From a virus (Duplodnaviria > Caudoviricetes), in IMG/VR virus record IMGVR_UViG_3300001487_000119, positions 140,229-204,228 of that record: DNA of 64,000 nucleotides, one strand, 5' to 3'. Numbering within the stretch: the first letter of the stretch is position 1; the number at the start of each line of letters is the position of its first letter. A model generated the notes under the pieces. That model searched no databases and had not been told where the DNA came from. It saw nothing but the letters and a program-made list of their open reading frames with translations. Of the stretch, positions 1 to 10,193 are shown piece by piece. The position numbers and the translations under genes were made by a program.

Positions 1-1
1 A

Positions 2-1078
2 TATATGAGACAATTGAACATGTAATTCAATATTATCTTCATTAACTTTTACATTAAATGTAAAATATCCAGTACCAACACTAAGTTTTCCTCTATTAAC
101 CAAATTATCATAAAGTCCGACATAATTTTCCTCAATTTCTTTACGCATTGAACTAATGGTATCAATAGCATATTCAGACATTGTATGATCTTCTCTAATT
201 GAATAAACTCCATTATTCTCAAAAACCTCATTAGTCTTTTTAGTATATGCCTCATAGTCAGCTAATAGTCGATTATCTGTTTCAGCCATCTTAAAAAGTT
301 GAGAAACTTTATCAACACTAAGTTTTCCTGGAATTGTATAAATAGCATCAACAAAAATTGCTTCTACAGAAAAATCAGCACCACCGTGTTCAGTATTAAT
401 ATCCAAACAAAAATGTTCAGAATACAAAGTAAAGAATCCGGGTGTAACAGTACCATCTCCTATAGTATTTTCATCCATAAAATTTGTATACAACTCCCAA
501 AGTTCATCTTGCAAAGCACCTTCAGAAGTATGATCACCCATTTCATTAAATATGCATGCAAGCTCTTCAAATGGATACTTCTCCATAAGAATATTCATAT
601 ACTCGTCACAATGATCTTCTTGAGAAACATCGAGAAAATCTTTGGCAGCTTTATTCCAATCCTCAAAAGATTTTGTTCTGTCAAATAAACGTATATCAAT
701 ATTAAATTGTGGCATATGATATTGGTCATACTTAGGATATCCAAGATATTTGGCATTCATTGGAATATATGAATTGTTATATATAATAAGAATATGCCAA
801 ATATGTGCTTCAATACCGTCTGCCCAACGAACAACATTATCTACATCTTTTAACAAATGCTGATATTCATCTGCATAATTAGGCATATCTGCAAGAGAAT
901 TAACCCACTCGAGATAATCTTGTCGCATTATTTTCCATACTTTTTCCGGAGTATTAATAGATTTATAGGAATGACCGTCCATTTGCATGAAACGCTGCAT
1001 ATCCTTAACTACATCGTCAGTATGACGATAAAAATTCTTTGCATACAGAACTACATTTTTAATGTGTGATGTTTTCAT
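2..1078 (-). CDS. hypothetical protein, runs off left edge (>=359 aa, MKTSHIKNVVLY...)
   Basis: ATG at 1078, open to window edge with no TAG; missing from track because there is no stop; early motif directly upstream. Confidence 0.8.
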   Translation of the reverse strand, partial: MKTSHIKNVVLYAKNFYRHTDDVVKDMQRFMQMDGHSYKSINTPEKVWKIMRQDYLEWVNSLADMPNYADEYQHLLKDVDNVVRWADGIEAHIWHILIIYNNSYIPMNAKYLGYPKYDQYHMPQFNIDIRLFDRTKSFEDWNKAAKDFLDVSQEDHCDEYMNILMEKYPFEELACIFNEMGDHTSEGALQDELWELYTNFMDENTIGDGTVTPGFFTLYSEHFCLDINTEHGGADFSVEAIFVDAIYTIPGKLSVDKVSQLFKMAETDNRLLADYEAYTKKTNEVFENNGVYSIREDHTMSEYAIDTISSMRKEIEENYVGLYDNLVNRGKLSVGTGYFTFNVKVNEDNIELHVQLSHI

Positions 1079-1103
1079 ATTCGTATATTATTTTTAATTA
1101 CAA

Positions 1104-1145
1104 TGCAAAATTAATACTTTTTTCTTAAATTAAAAAATAGAAGCT
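1104..1145 (-). promoter_or_regulatory. early promoter motif copy 1 (CTTCTATTTTTTAATTTAAGAAAAAAGTATTAATTTTGCA)
   Basis: 9 near-identical copies upstream of gene starts; contains Bacteroidota -7 element TAnnTTTG. Confidence 0.8.
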
Positions 1146-1765
1146 TAATAATGTAAAACATTTATTACTTCAAAATTTAAAAGTTTTGCGCACATTGGCA
1201 GCAAATCTTTTTCAATATCCATTGATTGACGATCAAAATATGGTAGTTCGATTCCGAATTTTTTCTTAAAACTCCAATAAAAATCATCATTTTCCTGATT
1301 ATAAACTGGAATATATTTTTTCATATGGCATAATGTATACTTATGAATATACTTAGCCATGAAATCTTTAGAGAATTTATCCGAATTTATATAATCTGGA
1401 TTGTCAACGCGTTTAACAAATTCAATATTTCTAACATAATAAATATCATCTTGTTTTGTCCGATGCGTTTGATTTAATAAATCAAATTTTTGTGTACAAT
1501 TTTCATCAACATAATATGGCCCATATGCTCTGCTACCAATATAATCATTGATACACTTTTCATTTAGTTTTCCACAGAAGCAATCATCATAAACAACTAT
1601 ATTATCCCCAACAAATTCATCTTTAAATGTAATACAGCTAGAACCATTAAAACCTTCAAGGCTTACAAAATCAATTACCTTTCCGGTTTCAAGTGAAATA
1701 AAATCAATTGTTGGCTCTCCACATTCTTGTGGTCTATTAATAATTGCTAAAACTTTTTGGTTCAT
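1145..1765 (-). CDS. hypothetical protein
   Basis: 206-aa ORF with its own early motif. Confidence 0.75.
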   Translation of the reverse strand: MNQKVLAIINRPQECGEPTIDFISLETGKVIDFVSLEGFNGSSCITFKDEFVGDNIVVYDDCFCGKLNEKCINDYIGSRAYGPYYVDENCTQKFDLLNQTHRTKQDDIYYVRNIEFVKRVDNPDYINSDKFSKDFMAKYIHKYTLCHMKKYIPVYNQENDDFYWSFKKKFGIELPYFDRQSMDIEKDLLPMCAKLLNFEVINVLHY

Positions 1766-1789
1766 ATATTAATTTATTTTTAATTATAA

Positions 1790-1831
1790 TGCAAAAATAA
1801 TACTTTTTTCGTAAATTAAAAAATAGAAGCT
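1790..1831 (-). promoter_or_regulatory. early promoter motif copy 2
   Basis: matches motif, TATTTTTG -7 box. Confidence 0.8.
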
Positions 1832-1853
1832 AATTTTTTAGCTCCTATTAAAA

Positions 1854-2726
1854 TTAAATATCTCCTGCAATATCACTATAACAACTATCACATAACCATT
1901 CATAATGAGATTCATTACATATATCCCAATAATATGGATTACGAACATACGATGCACCTTCTCGCCCACATCTACTACAATGCCCTGGTGTATGTTTCAA
2001 TCTTTCTAGTTCTTCTTCATATTGCCGTTTACGTTCTTCCTCTTCAGCGTGTTTTCTCAATATTTCAGCTTTTTCCTCATCTGAATAATCATATGGATCA
2101 GAAGCCCTAAATACACCAAGATCTATACGTTTAATACATTTTCCATGAGGATCCACATTAGACCAATCAAATTCAGGAAATACACGTTCAATTGTTGATT
2201 GTCCACAAAATAGTAATTTTGATTTGTCTTTTACGTTCCAATATTTATATTCATATGATCCTTTATTTTCCCTAAAAATTAAATGGTTAGCCCAAATTTT
2301 TGCATGCTTAGTAAATATTTTTGAGGACTTTGTTTTCAATACAGGTTTATCTTCACCAAAATAAAGTACTAAATCATTATCTTGTGTAAAACATAACCAC
2401 GGATCTACATTCTCAATGTAAATAGGTCCATTAAGATTATGAATGTCATAACCGAAAAACTCATAAACTTCTTCAGGTGTAGTGTGGTAATCCCAAATAT
2501 GTTTAATTTCCCATTGGTCTGCAGGTTTCTCCCTAAAATGCAAAAGCATAACATCATGAAGTTCTCTCATATATCCTTCACGTTGTTCCTCAACCATATC
2601 AAAACCATCATCAACATACCCATGTTGAAGCGTCCATATTTGCCTTGGAACTTTTTTCAATGAATTTCGATGAAAAACCAAACAATGTGGCTGAAATGAT
2701 AATTCATTTAATACTATTGTTGCCAT
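1854..2726 (-). CDS. hypothetical protein with C-terminal CxxC...CxxC zinc finger
   Basis: 290 aa; CSRC and CDSC. Confidence 0.75.
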   Translation of the reverse strand: MATIVLNELSFQPHCLVFHRNSLKKVPRQIWTLQHGYVDDGFDMVEEQREGYMRELHDVMLLHFREKPADQWEIKHIWDYHTTPEEVYEFFGYDIHNLNGPIYIENVDPWLCFTQDNDLVLYFGEDKPVLKTKSSKIFTKHAKIWANHLIFRENKGSYEYKYWNVKDKSKLLFCGQSTIERVFPEFDWSNVDPHGKCIKRIDLGVFRASDPYDYSDEEKAEILRKHAEEEERKRQYEEELERLKHTPGHCSRCGREGASYVRNPYYWDICNESHYEWLCDSCYSDIAGDI

Positions 2727-2727
2727 G

Positions 2728-2994
2728 TTACAAGTTGCTTTCTAATTTCTTAATTAGTTTTTCAGATTTTTTTATTTTTCTTTTTTCTTCGGCAATCATT
2801 TGCTTTAATGTTAAAAAATAAAGCGGAGCTTCACAACTAAATTCTTTACTGAATTTTTTGCATTGATTTCTTAATGCACATATCTCAAAACAACATGGTT
2901 GCCCTTCTTTCCATTGCTTAGTATAATATTTCTTACCATTATATTCAATAATGTCTCCTACTTGAGGATATTTTTTACAATTTGCTATTACCAT
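2728..2994 (-). CDS. hypothetical Cys-rich protein
   Basis: 88 aa, operonic spacing. Confidence 0.65.
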   Translation of the reverse strand: MVIANCKKYPQVGDIIEYNGKKYYTKQWKEGQPCCFEICALRNQCKKFSKEFSCEAPLYFLTLKQMIAEEKRKIKKSEKLIKKLESNL

Positions 2995-3004
2995 ATTAAA
3001 TATT

Positions 3005-3754
3005 TTAATTAAATTTGATTGTATCAGACATTTTCATTTTAAATAAATTTATTTCATGCATTTTGGCAATTGTATTATCTGCAACTTCATCGCCAGATGT
3101 TCCTTCACGAATATATTTGTCAAGCTTTTCATAATTGAATCCCATTTTTTCAAATTTCTCATCATCAGCACAACTATGCGGAAGTCCGTCATCAGGAACT
3201 TTGTAAACCCATTTCTTTGGAATTCCAAGTACATCACCAATTTGATACAACTCATGAACAGTCAACTCTGCAACAGGCTCAAAATCTGAAGCACCATCAC
3301 CATACTTTGTAAAATAACCAATATAATTTTCACTTGCATTGCATGTACCGATAACTCTACCATTCATTGTTTGTGAAATCGCATATAAAACAAGCATACG
3401 CATACGTGGCGGAATATTTTGTTCTGCCTGCTTACTCATTTGCACACCAAATACATTATTGGTTTGTGCATATACACCTGTTGTGAGTTGACCAATATTT
3501 ACTGTTCCATAATGAATTCCCAACCATTCTGCAATTTGATTAGCCTCATTTATACCTTGTTTACTATCAGGAATCCCAACTCCATATACTCTATTCGGTC
3601 CAAGTGCTTCAGCACACAATGCCGCAACAATTGTACTATCTTTACCGCCAGACAAACCAATTACTGCATTACACCCCTTACCATTTTTATCAAACCAATC
3701 ACGAATACCCTGTACCAATTGATCTTTTACTTTAACTGCATCAAATTTTTTCAT
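3005..3754 (-). CDS. nadE: NH3-dependent NAD+ synthetase
   Basis: GLSGGKDS PP-loop, NIPPRMRM, GTCNASE, GYFTKYGDGA motifs. Confidence 0.93.
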   Translation of the reverse strand: MKKFDAVKVKDQLVQGIRDWFDKNGKGCNAVIGLSGGKDSTIVAALCAEALGPNRVYGVGIPDSKQGINEANQIAEWLGIHYGTVNIGQLTTGVYAQTNNVFGVQMSKQAEQNIPPRMRMLVLYAISQTMNGRVIGTCNASENYIGYFTKYGDGASDFEPVAELTVHELYQIGDVLGIPKKWVYKVPDDGLPHSCADDEKFEKMGFNYEKLDKYIREGTSGDEVADNTIAKMHEINLFKMKMSDTIKFN

Positions 3755-3804
3755 ATTATCTACAAATTTTAATTGTTAATTCTACTTTAGTTGGTTCTGT
3801 ATCT

Positions 3805-4257
3805 TCACTCATCATATCCTGGACATTCGCCACAATCATAACATTCGCCACAATCACAATCATCACATAAACATTTAATATTTTTCGCTTCAAAATTTTT
3901 TTCAAAGTTTTCGAATAACTTACTTATGTTTTCTTTAGCCACTGGATTTGATGAATGAACATACCATTGTGGTAATTCTGTATTGTTATCCATACAATAT
4001 TTAACAAGCCATTTTGCACAATCATATCCTTCACCGTTTCCAAGGCCTAAATCATTATCAAAACTAATAAGATCTGGCAAACCATTTTCTTTGATATAAT
4101 TTTTAAACTCTGTTTGTGTTTTTGCCCAAAATATTCCACAAGGTTCATTCTCATCAAAAATGAAAAAATATTCTTTTTTGAGATATTGAATCACCAGTTT
4201 CCATTCTGCCTTATTAAATGGATTTCTTATATCATCTAACCAAAGTATTGTTTTCAT
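3805..4257 (-). CDS. cyclic-phosphate processing receiver (cREC) domain protein
   Basis: LWLDDIR, ISFDNDLG, GYDCAKWL, VHSSNPV. Confidence 0.8.
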   Translation of the reverse strand: MKTILWLDDIRNPFNKAEWKLVIQYLKKEYFFIFDENEPCGIFWAKTQTEFKNYIKENGLPDLISFDNDLGLGNGEGYDCAKWLVKYCMDNNTELPQWYVHSSNPVAKENISKLFENFEKNFEAKNIKCLCDDCDCGECYDCGECPGYDE

Positions 4258-4280
4258 AATATTTTATAAAAATTTACAAT

Positions 4281-4490
4281 TTAATCTACGATTATCCAAT
4301 CATTTGCTCTTACATCACTAAGAGAAAAATCTTCACCAAGATGTAATAATTTAATTCCATCCTCTCCTTTAACCATTAGTCTAGTAGTATATCCATAGGT
4401 AGTTTCCATCCAAAGAAAAGGGCCCCAAGATACTCTGCGAATTTTCTTTCCATTAAGAAAATCAGGCAAAATTTCAAATAAAGTTTTCAT
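4281..4490 (-). CDS. DUF2829/Tad2-like small protein
   Basis: GKKIRRVSW ... SLSDVRANDWIIV pattern typical of DUF2829/Tad2. Confidence 0.55.
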   Translation of the reverse strand: MKTLFEILPDFLNGKKIRRVSWGPFLWMETTYGYTTRLMVKGEDGIKLLHLGEDFSLSDVRANDWIIVD

Positions 4491-4497
4491 AATATTA

Positions 4498-5058
4498 TTA
4501 TAAAATTTTTAAATCTTCAATCAACTTAACAGGAACACTCAACATAAAATTAGTTTCATTTGGATCAACAAGGTGCTCAATAAAATTTGGCAATTCTTTT
4601 TTATATTGTTTTGCCATAGAAGTTTTATTCTCTGTTGCATATCGAGTATTTGCCAACCGATCACAAAATTTTACAAATGCTGCAAATGGCGTAGCTTTAA
4701 TTCCTGCATAGTATTTGTCATTTGCACGTTCTGCTCGATTTCTGCCTTTTTCATTAGTAAGTGCATATACGATTTCCGTAGCCATAATTGCATGTTCATC
4801 ATTATCAAAAAATCGTTTAGCTTCTTTTAAAACATCATTATATGTAAGGCGGGCATCCTCAATAGTATCATGAAAACATGCGCCAAATGCAATAATGTAT
4901 TTATACTTTTCAAATTCAGGAAAGCATTTTCCATATTCCATTGCATTTTCTAATACAGCTTTAAGATGAAAAATATAAGGTTTGCCATCAAAAAACTGAT
5001 TTACTTCAGCATGAATAGCTCCTGCGGTGTTAAGCATTGTTCTAATGTAATCTTCCAT
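4498..5058 (-). CDS. HD-domain hydrolase, Mesh1/SpoT-like
   Basis: H..Q...GKPYIFHL, HDTIED, VKFCDRLAN. Confidence 0.85.
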   Translation of the reverse strand: MEDYIRTMLNTAGAIHAEVNQFFDGKPYIFHLKAVLENAMEYGKCFPEFEKYKYIIAFGACFHDTIEDARLTYNDVLKEAKRFFDNDEHAIMATEIVYALTNEKGRNRAERANDKYYAGIKATPFAAFVKFCDRLANTRYATENKTSMAKQYKKELPNFIEHLVDPNETNFMLSVPVKLIEDLKIL

Positions 5059-5084
5059 AATTAATATATTTTTTTAAATGTTGG

Positions 5085-5126
5085 TGCAAAATTAACGCTT
5101 TTTTCTTAAATTAAAAAATAGAAGTT
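5085..5126 (-). promoter_or_regulatory. early promoter motif copy 3
   Basis: matches motif, TAATTTTG; heads the 5058-1854 operon. Confidence 0.8.
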
Positions 5127-5141
5127 AAATAAAAATAGAAG

Positions 5142-5372
5142 TTAAATACTATATCTCCACCATGTTACATATTCAATTTCATTTCCATTTATCACAGAAT
5201 AAAATTTTCCATTTTTAAAAATTGCAGGTGAAATTGGTTTCATACCCATACCAAATGAATAATATACCCCTGAATTTTCAGCAGGTTTTTCTTTTTATCG
5301 AATGTCATTTATAAAGTGTATAGCCTTTTGGCAAGCACCATTTATTAATAAATGCTAAAATTTTTCTTTCAT
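5142..5372 (-). pseudogene. 76-codon frame with one TAG and one internal TAA (MKEKFQHLLING...VTWWRYSI)
   Basis: frame fills the intergenic gap and reads protein-like on both sides of the TAA. Confidence 0.35.
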
Positions 5373-5379
5373 TTATCAT

Positions 5380-5407
5380 AAACTAATCTTATTTTTTACT
5401 ATATAAA
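5380..5407 (+). promoter_or_regulatory. putative middle promoter AAACT-N17-TATAAA
   Basis: same architecture upstream of about 10 genes. Confidence 0.55.
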
Positions 5408-5439
5408 TAATATATAAAAATCTTAAAAAGTTTACAAAA

Positions 5440-7533
5440 ATGATGGTATTTGAAGGAAAATTTGATGGCATGACACGTGCTGAAAAAATTGAATTGTTAA
5501 ATAAAGCTAAAGATGCTTATTATAATTCAGGTGAAGAAATTATGTCTGATGCAGAATATGATGAATTAGAAAGATCAGTAGGTCTTGAGAATAAATCATA
5601 TATTGGTTCTGCTAAAGGAAACTATTCTGTTAAACATGCTTTTATTATGGGATCTATACAAAAAACCCAAATAAAGGAACAACGTGATGGAACAGTTAAT
5701 TGGAATACTGCTGCTGAAGATATTACTTCAGCATTCAGAAAAGCCAATAATTGTCAATATATTGAAGCTACACCAAAACTTGATGGTTGCAGTTTTAGTC
5801 TTGAATTTGTTAATATTAATAATAAAGCATGTTTGCAGACATGTGCTACACGTGGTAATGGACAATGGGGAACTGATATTAAGCATTGGTTTGAACCACT
5901 ATTAGAAACAGAATATTGGGCCGCAATAGATGATGCCGTTCGACATTTTTGTGAAAATAATTCAGATGATATATTCTGTATCAGAGGTGAAGTTCTTATT
6001 CCAGAAAATAAATTTACAGAAGAATATTCAGAAACATATACAAATCCGCGTAGTTTAGTTGCCGGTGTTCTTGGATTAAAATTTGAAGATGTCACTCCAG
6101 AAAAATTAAAAGTTGGTCGTGATCTTCATTTTGTATGTTATGATTATCGAGTTTTCAGTAATGGAGAATATGAAGAAATTGATTGGATGAATCCTAATGA
6201 AGAATCATATCAAGAAGTTAAACCATATTTGAATCATATTGGAGAACTTCCAGATTTTACTAAACTTTATGAATTTAATGGCAGAGTAGACGAAGATTTT
6301 GTTATATCTCTTTATAATGAATTTGATGAATATAGACATAATTCTCCATATGCTCTTGATGGTGTTGTTCTAAAACCGGAAGTCTCGGCTCGTCAGTATA
6401 ATGAAAATAGAAATCGACCGGTAGATTGTATTGCTATTAAATTTATGCCAATGATTAATGCTACTGAGATTATTGATATTTCTTGGAGAGTTGGAAAAAC
6501 CGGAGAATATTTTCCGACTGCCATTGTTGCTCCGATTACAATGCCAGATGGAAAAAAGATTAATCGTGCATCACTGCATAATTATGGATGGATTATTAAT
6601 AATGAATGCGGAATTGGTTCTAAAGTTCGTATTTCTCTTGCAGGCGATATTATTCCGTTTGTTTATGAAATTGTTGAACATTCATCCCCAGAAGGAAATA
6701 TGAATCTTCCAGAAAATACACATGTTGAAAGAGATGCTAATTCTGGTGCACTTCATCTTATGAAAGAATTTAAAGAGAATGAAGAAGAAGAAAATCAATT
6801 CTTAAATTCTGCTCTAACATTAAATATTAATACTATAGGTCCTGCAGCTGCTAAAGACATCTATGAAGCTTGTAGAGAAGCTTTTAGCCCATTGACTAAT
6901 ATTTTATATGTTATGAATGAAGAAGGTTACAGGATGATTTATGATGCCTTAGGTGATGGAAAATCTATTCAAAATTATGTGGAAAATATGCGTAATTTTG
7001 TCAGATACATTACATTGACAGATATTATTAAATCATTTAATTTCAAATCATGCGGAACCAAAGCTTCTGAAGTTTGTGCAAAGATTTTACTCGGTCAACA
7101 ATATTCAACTAGCTCGCTTCCTGCTGAATCATATCAGTGGGCATTGAATTCAAGTAGCAAACAATATTATATGGTTATTAAAGCTATTGAAATGCTTGAT
7201 ATGAGTTTAGAAGATTTTCAATCACAAGAAACTAAAGATGATTTTGAAGGTGAAAAACAAAAAATTATTATGACAGGTTCTCCAGAAGAATTCGGTTATA
7301 AAACAAAAGCAGTTTTCTTGCAACAACATCCTGAACTGGAGGAGACAACTAAATTTACAGAATGTGATATTCTTGTCTGTGATGATTTGGAATCAAATAG
7401 TGGTAAAATGCAAAAAGCAAAGAAACTCGGAATTCCAATTAAAACATATGGAGAATTTGGAGGAAGTAATTTACAAGTTCAACAAAAAGAAAATAAGCAA
7501 GAATTTGATTTTAATTCTGAATCATTGTTTTAA
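5440..7533 (+). CDS. ligA: NAD-dependent DNA ligase
   Basis: PKLDG adenylation motif, TRGNG, RGEV, DGVV, OB fold, C-terminal BRCT. Confidence 0.93.
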   Translation: MMVFEGKFDGMTRAEKIELLNKAKDAYYNSGEEIMSDAEYDELERSVGLENKSYIGSAKGNYSVKHAFIMGSIQKTQIKEQRDGTVNWNTAAEDITSAFRKANNCQYIEATPKLDGCSFSLEFVNINNKACLQTCATRGNGQWGTDIKHWFEPLLETEYWAAIDDAVRHFCENNSDDIFCIRGEVLIPENKFTEEYSETYTNPRSLVAGVLGLKFEDVTPEKLKVGRDLHFVCYDYRVFSNGEYEEIDWMNPNEESYQEVKPYLNHIGELPDFTKLYEFNGRVDEDFVISLYNEFDEYRHNSPYALDGVVLKPEVSARQYNENRNRPVDCIAIKFMPMINATEIIDISWRVGKTGEYFPTAIVAPITMPDGKKINRASLHNYGWIINNECGIGSKVRISLAGDIIPFVYEIVEHSSPEGNMNLPENTHVERDANSGALHLMKEFKENEEEENQFLNSALTLNINTIGPAAAKDIYEACREAFSPLTNILYVMNEEGYRMIYDALGDGKSIQNYVENMRNFVRYITLTDIIKSFNFKSCGTKASEVCAKILLGQQYSTSSLPAESYQWALNSSSKQYYMVIKAIEMLDMSLEDFQSQETKDDFEGEKQKIIMTGSPEEFGYKTKAVFLQQHPELEETTKFTECDILVCDDLESNSGKMQKAKKLGIPIKTYGEFGGSNLQVQQKENKQEFDFNSESLF

Positions 7534-7537
7534 AATT

Positions 7538-7572
7538 AAAAGAGGAATCAATTAAGGTTCCTCTTTATTTTT
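7538..7572. terminator. bidirectional intrinsic terminator
   Basis: AAAGAGGAAT-loop-GTTCCTCTTT between convergent genes. Confidence 0.65.
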
Positions 7573-8419
7573 GTTTATATACTGGACGTAATGGTAATCC
7601 GTAAAATCTATGATCATCATTACTAATTTCACATTTTCCCCAACCTGCATCAAATTCATGCTATCTGCCTTCTATCGATGATGCACGGCCTGTATTAAAT
7701 CCTCCAAAAGTTGAAGTCCATAAATGAACTTCAAATCCAATACAGCTTTCACCATTTGGATTCCAATTTGTGTTTGCACACCTTAATCCAGCACACGGAA
7801 CAAACATTGTTTTAGAATTATCATTTATGCTAGTAAATAAAACACCATTTAAATCTTTAATTTTGCAATAATTTCTTTTATATTCTTGTGTAGTATATTT
7901 AAATAATTCTTTAAAATCGTCTGTAGTTGGAATATAATAATTTTGTCCTAATTTTACATGAGCTGCATCATCTTCAGGTTCAAGTTGAGTTAAATTATCT
8001 GTATATCCATTATATCCATCTAAATTAAAGTTACAATATTTAGTATATTTCATTATTACTTTTTCTGTTGGTTTATATTGATTAATATATGTTACCTATG
8101 CAAATTTATATTTAGACATACTATAATTATCCTTTGTTTCTGTTTCTCCCCATGCATAATAATTACCAAACCATTCATGAGGCCAAGTTGCAGATTCTGT
8201 AGGATTAGACGCACCAAGATTGCATTTATACCATAAATTACCAGATGGAAGATTAAAGTCTACAGTATCTCTCAATAAATCAATATATTCTTTAGTTCCA
8301 TGCACATGACTGACTTTACTGTTGGTTTGACCTTGAATCTCTTCTTGATCATCAAAGTCATCTAATGCAAATTTAATTCCTCTGTTTACCGCTTCTAATA
8401 TTTTATTATAGTTTTTCAT
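7565..8419 (-). CDS. paralogue 1 of VDLGLPSG family (DUF1566/Fib_succ_major-like), code 15, 284 aa
   Basis: track ORFs 8096..8419 and 7661..8053 join through TAGs; ends GLPLRPV. Confidence 0.85.
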
Positions 8420-8426
8420 AATTACT

Positions 8427-9335
8427 TTATAAATTTATTACTGGACGAATTTTAAAACCTGAATTTCGTTCTCCGTCAGAATCTATATCAAAATCCCAAC
8501 TATATATATTTAAATAATATGCATTTGCATTATCTTCTGTATTTAATGTTGATGACCAATAATATCCAAACTATTCAGCAACAACTTTACCATCAGTATC
8601 TTTCCATCCGGTATATGGAAAAAATAATTCTTCACCATTTATTTTACTTGTAAATACACCACCAGCTAAAAAGTTAATACCTTTATAATTTGGTATTGCT
8701 TTATATGTTGTATACTTTTTTAATTCTTCAAACTATTCTTTAGTCGGAATATGAAATTTATAATTATATAGTTTTTTATTCTAGTAAGCTGCATCATCTT
8801 TTTCTTGTAATTCAGTTAAATTATCTACCTATGTTAATATTTCATTATCATCATTAAATGGATTACATGTAAATTCTTCTGATGTTACATATTTTGTTAA
8901 TTCACCCGTGCGTCCGCTTCTATTTCCAAATTTATATGATTCTTTATCATATTCAGATTTATTAGGTTCTATTTCACCCCATGCATAAAAATCACCATAC
9001 CATAATTCAGGTGAACCTGCATATAATGAAATATTTTTTGAATCAATTGTTTTTAAATATTTTCCATGATTTTGCATTTTTATAGATTGCTTCTATTTAA
9101 AAAACTATTCAATCTTTTTTGCGTCACAACCCAAATTATACTTGCACCATAAAGTACCGGAAGGAAGACCTAAATCAACTACTTCTTCCATTAAATCTAA
9201 ATATTCTTTAGTTCCTCCTTGATATTTAACTTTACTATTAGTTTGCCCTTGAATATCATCTTGATCTTCAAAGTCATCTAAAGCAAATTTAATTCCTCTA
9301 TTAATTGCTTCTAATATTTGTTTATAATTTTTCAT
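8427..9335 (-). CDS. paralogue 2 of VDLGLPSG family, code 15, 302 aa
   Basis: continuous frame through several TAGs; YAWGE, DDAAY, IPTKE(TAG)F, YWSST, GFKIRPV. Confidence 0.85.
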
Positions 9336-9337
9336 AA

Positions 9338-10186
9338 TTATTTTATATTATCTACTACACCTCTTATTGTTCTTCCAAAACGTCTTTCTAATGCTTTAAT
9401 TTCAATATCTATATTATTATGTATATATATACCAGATACTATTAATGCTTTTCTTACATTTGTAGCAAGTCCCGGTTCATTACTTACTATATTAAATACC
9501 ATATTTTTTCCATTTAATACAGTTTTTGATCTGGATTTCCAACCGGTAAATGGAAAAAATAATTCTTCATTATTAATTTTACTTATAAATAAACAACCAT
9601 TTAATGATCTGATATTTTTATAATTATTAACATATTTGTATGTAGTATATTGTAATAATTCTTGAATTTGTTTAATTGTCGGTATATGTTGTTCATAATA
9701 CTAATCATTTAAATTATTTATATAAGCCGCATCATCCTATAAATCTAACTATTGTTTATTATCAACAGTTAATCCATATTTTTCATAATTACAATATTTT
9801 GTCATAAATGGCAATTTCATTTCCCACTAATCCCAATTTAATATTTTTTTGCGTTTTGCATCATTTTCTGTCCATTTATAATTACTCCAATCATATATGT
9901 CTTTTATATCAGTTTCACCCCAGGCAAAATAGCATCCATACCAGTTTTTATACCAATTTAAATGATCAGTATCAACACCGACATTATATTTACACCATAA
10001 TGTTCCAGATGGAAGTTCTAAATCAACTAATTCTTTTTGAAGAATCAGCCATTCTTTAGTTCCGCCTTTATACTTAACTTTACTATTGGTTTGACCTTGA
10101 ATATCATCCTGATCTTCAAAATCATCTAATGCAAATTTAATACCTCTATTAACTGCTTCTAATAATATTTGTTTATATTTTTTCAT
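9338..10186 (-). CDS. paralogue 3 of VDLGLPSG family, code 15, 282 aa
   Basis: continuous through TAGs; ends GRTIRGV. Confidence 0.85.
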
Positions 10187-10193
10187 AATTAAT

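Noticed and set aside
299-4830. Plus-strand track ORFs (299, 857, 2439, 3056, 3419, 4573) and similar antisense or nested ORFs elsewhere (e.g. 31033, 34974, 51730, 53491, 57813)
   Set aside because: Shadows of well-supported genes on the other strand or frame, with no motifs or promoters
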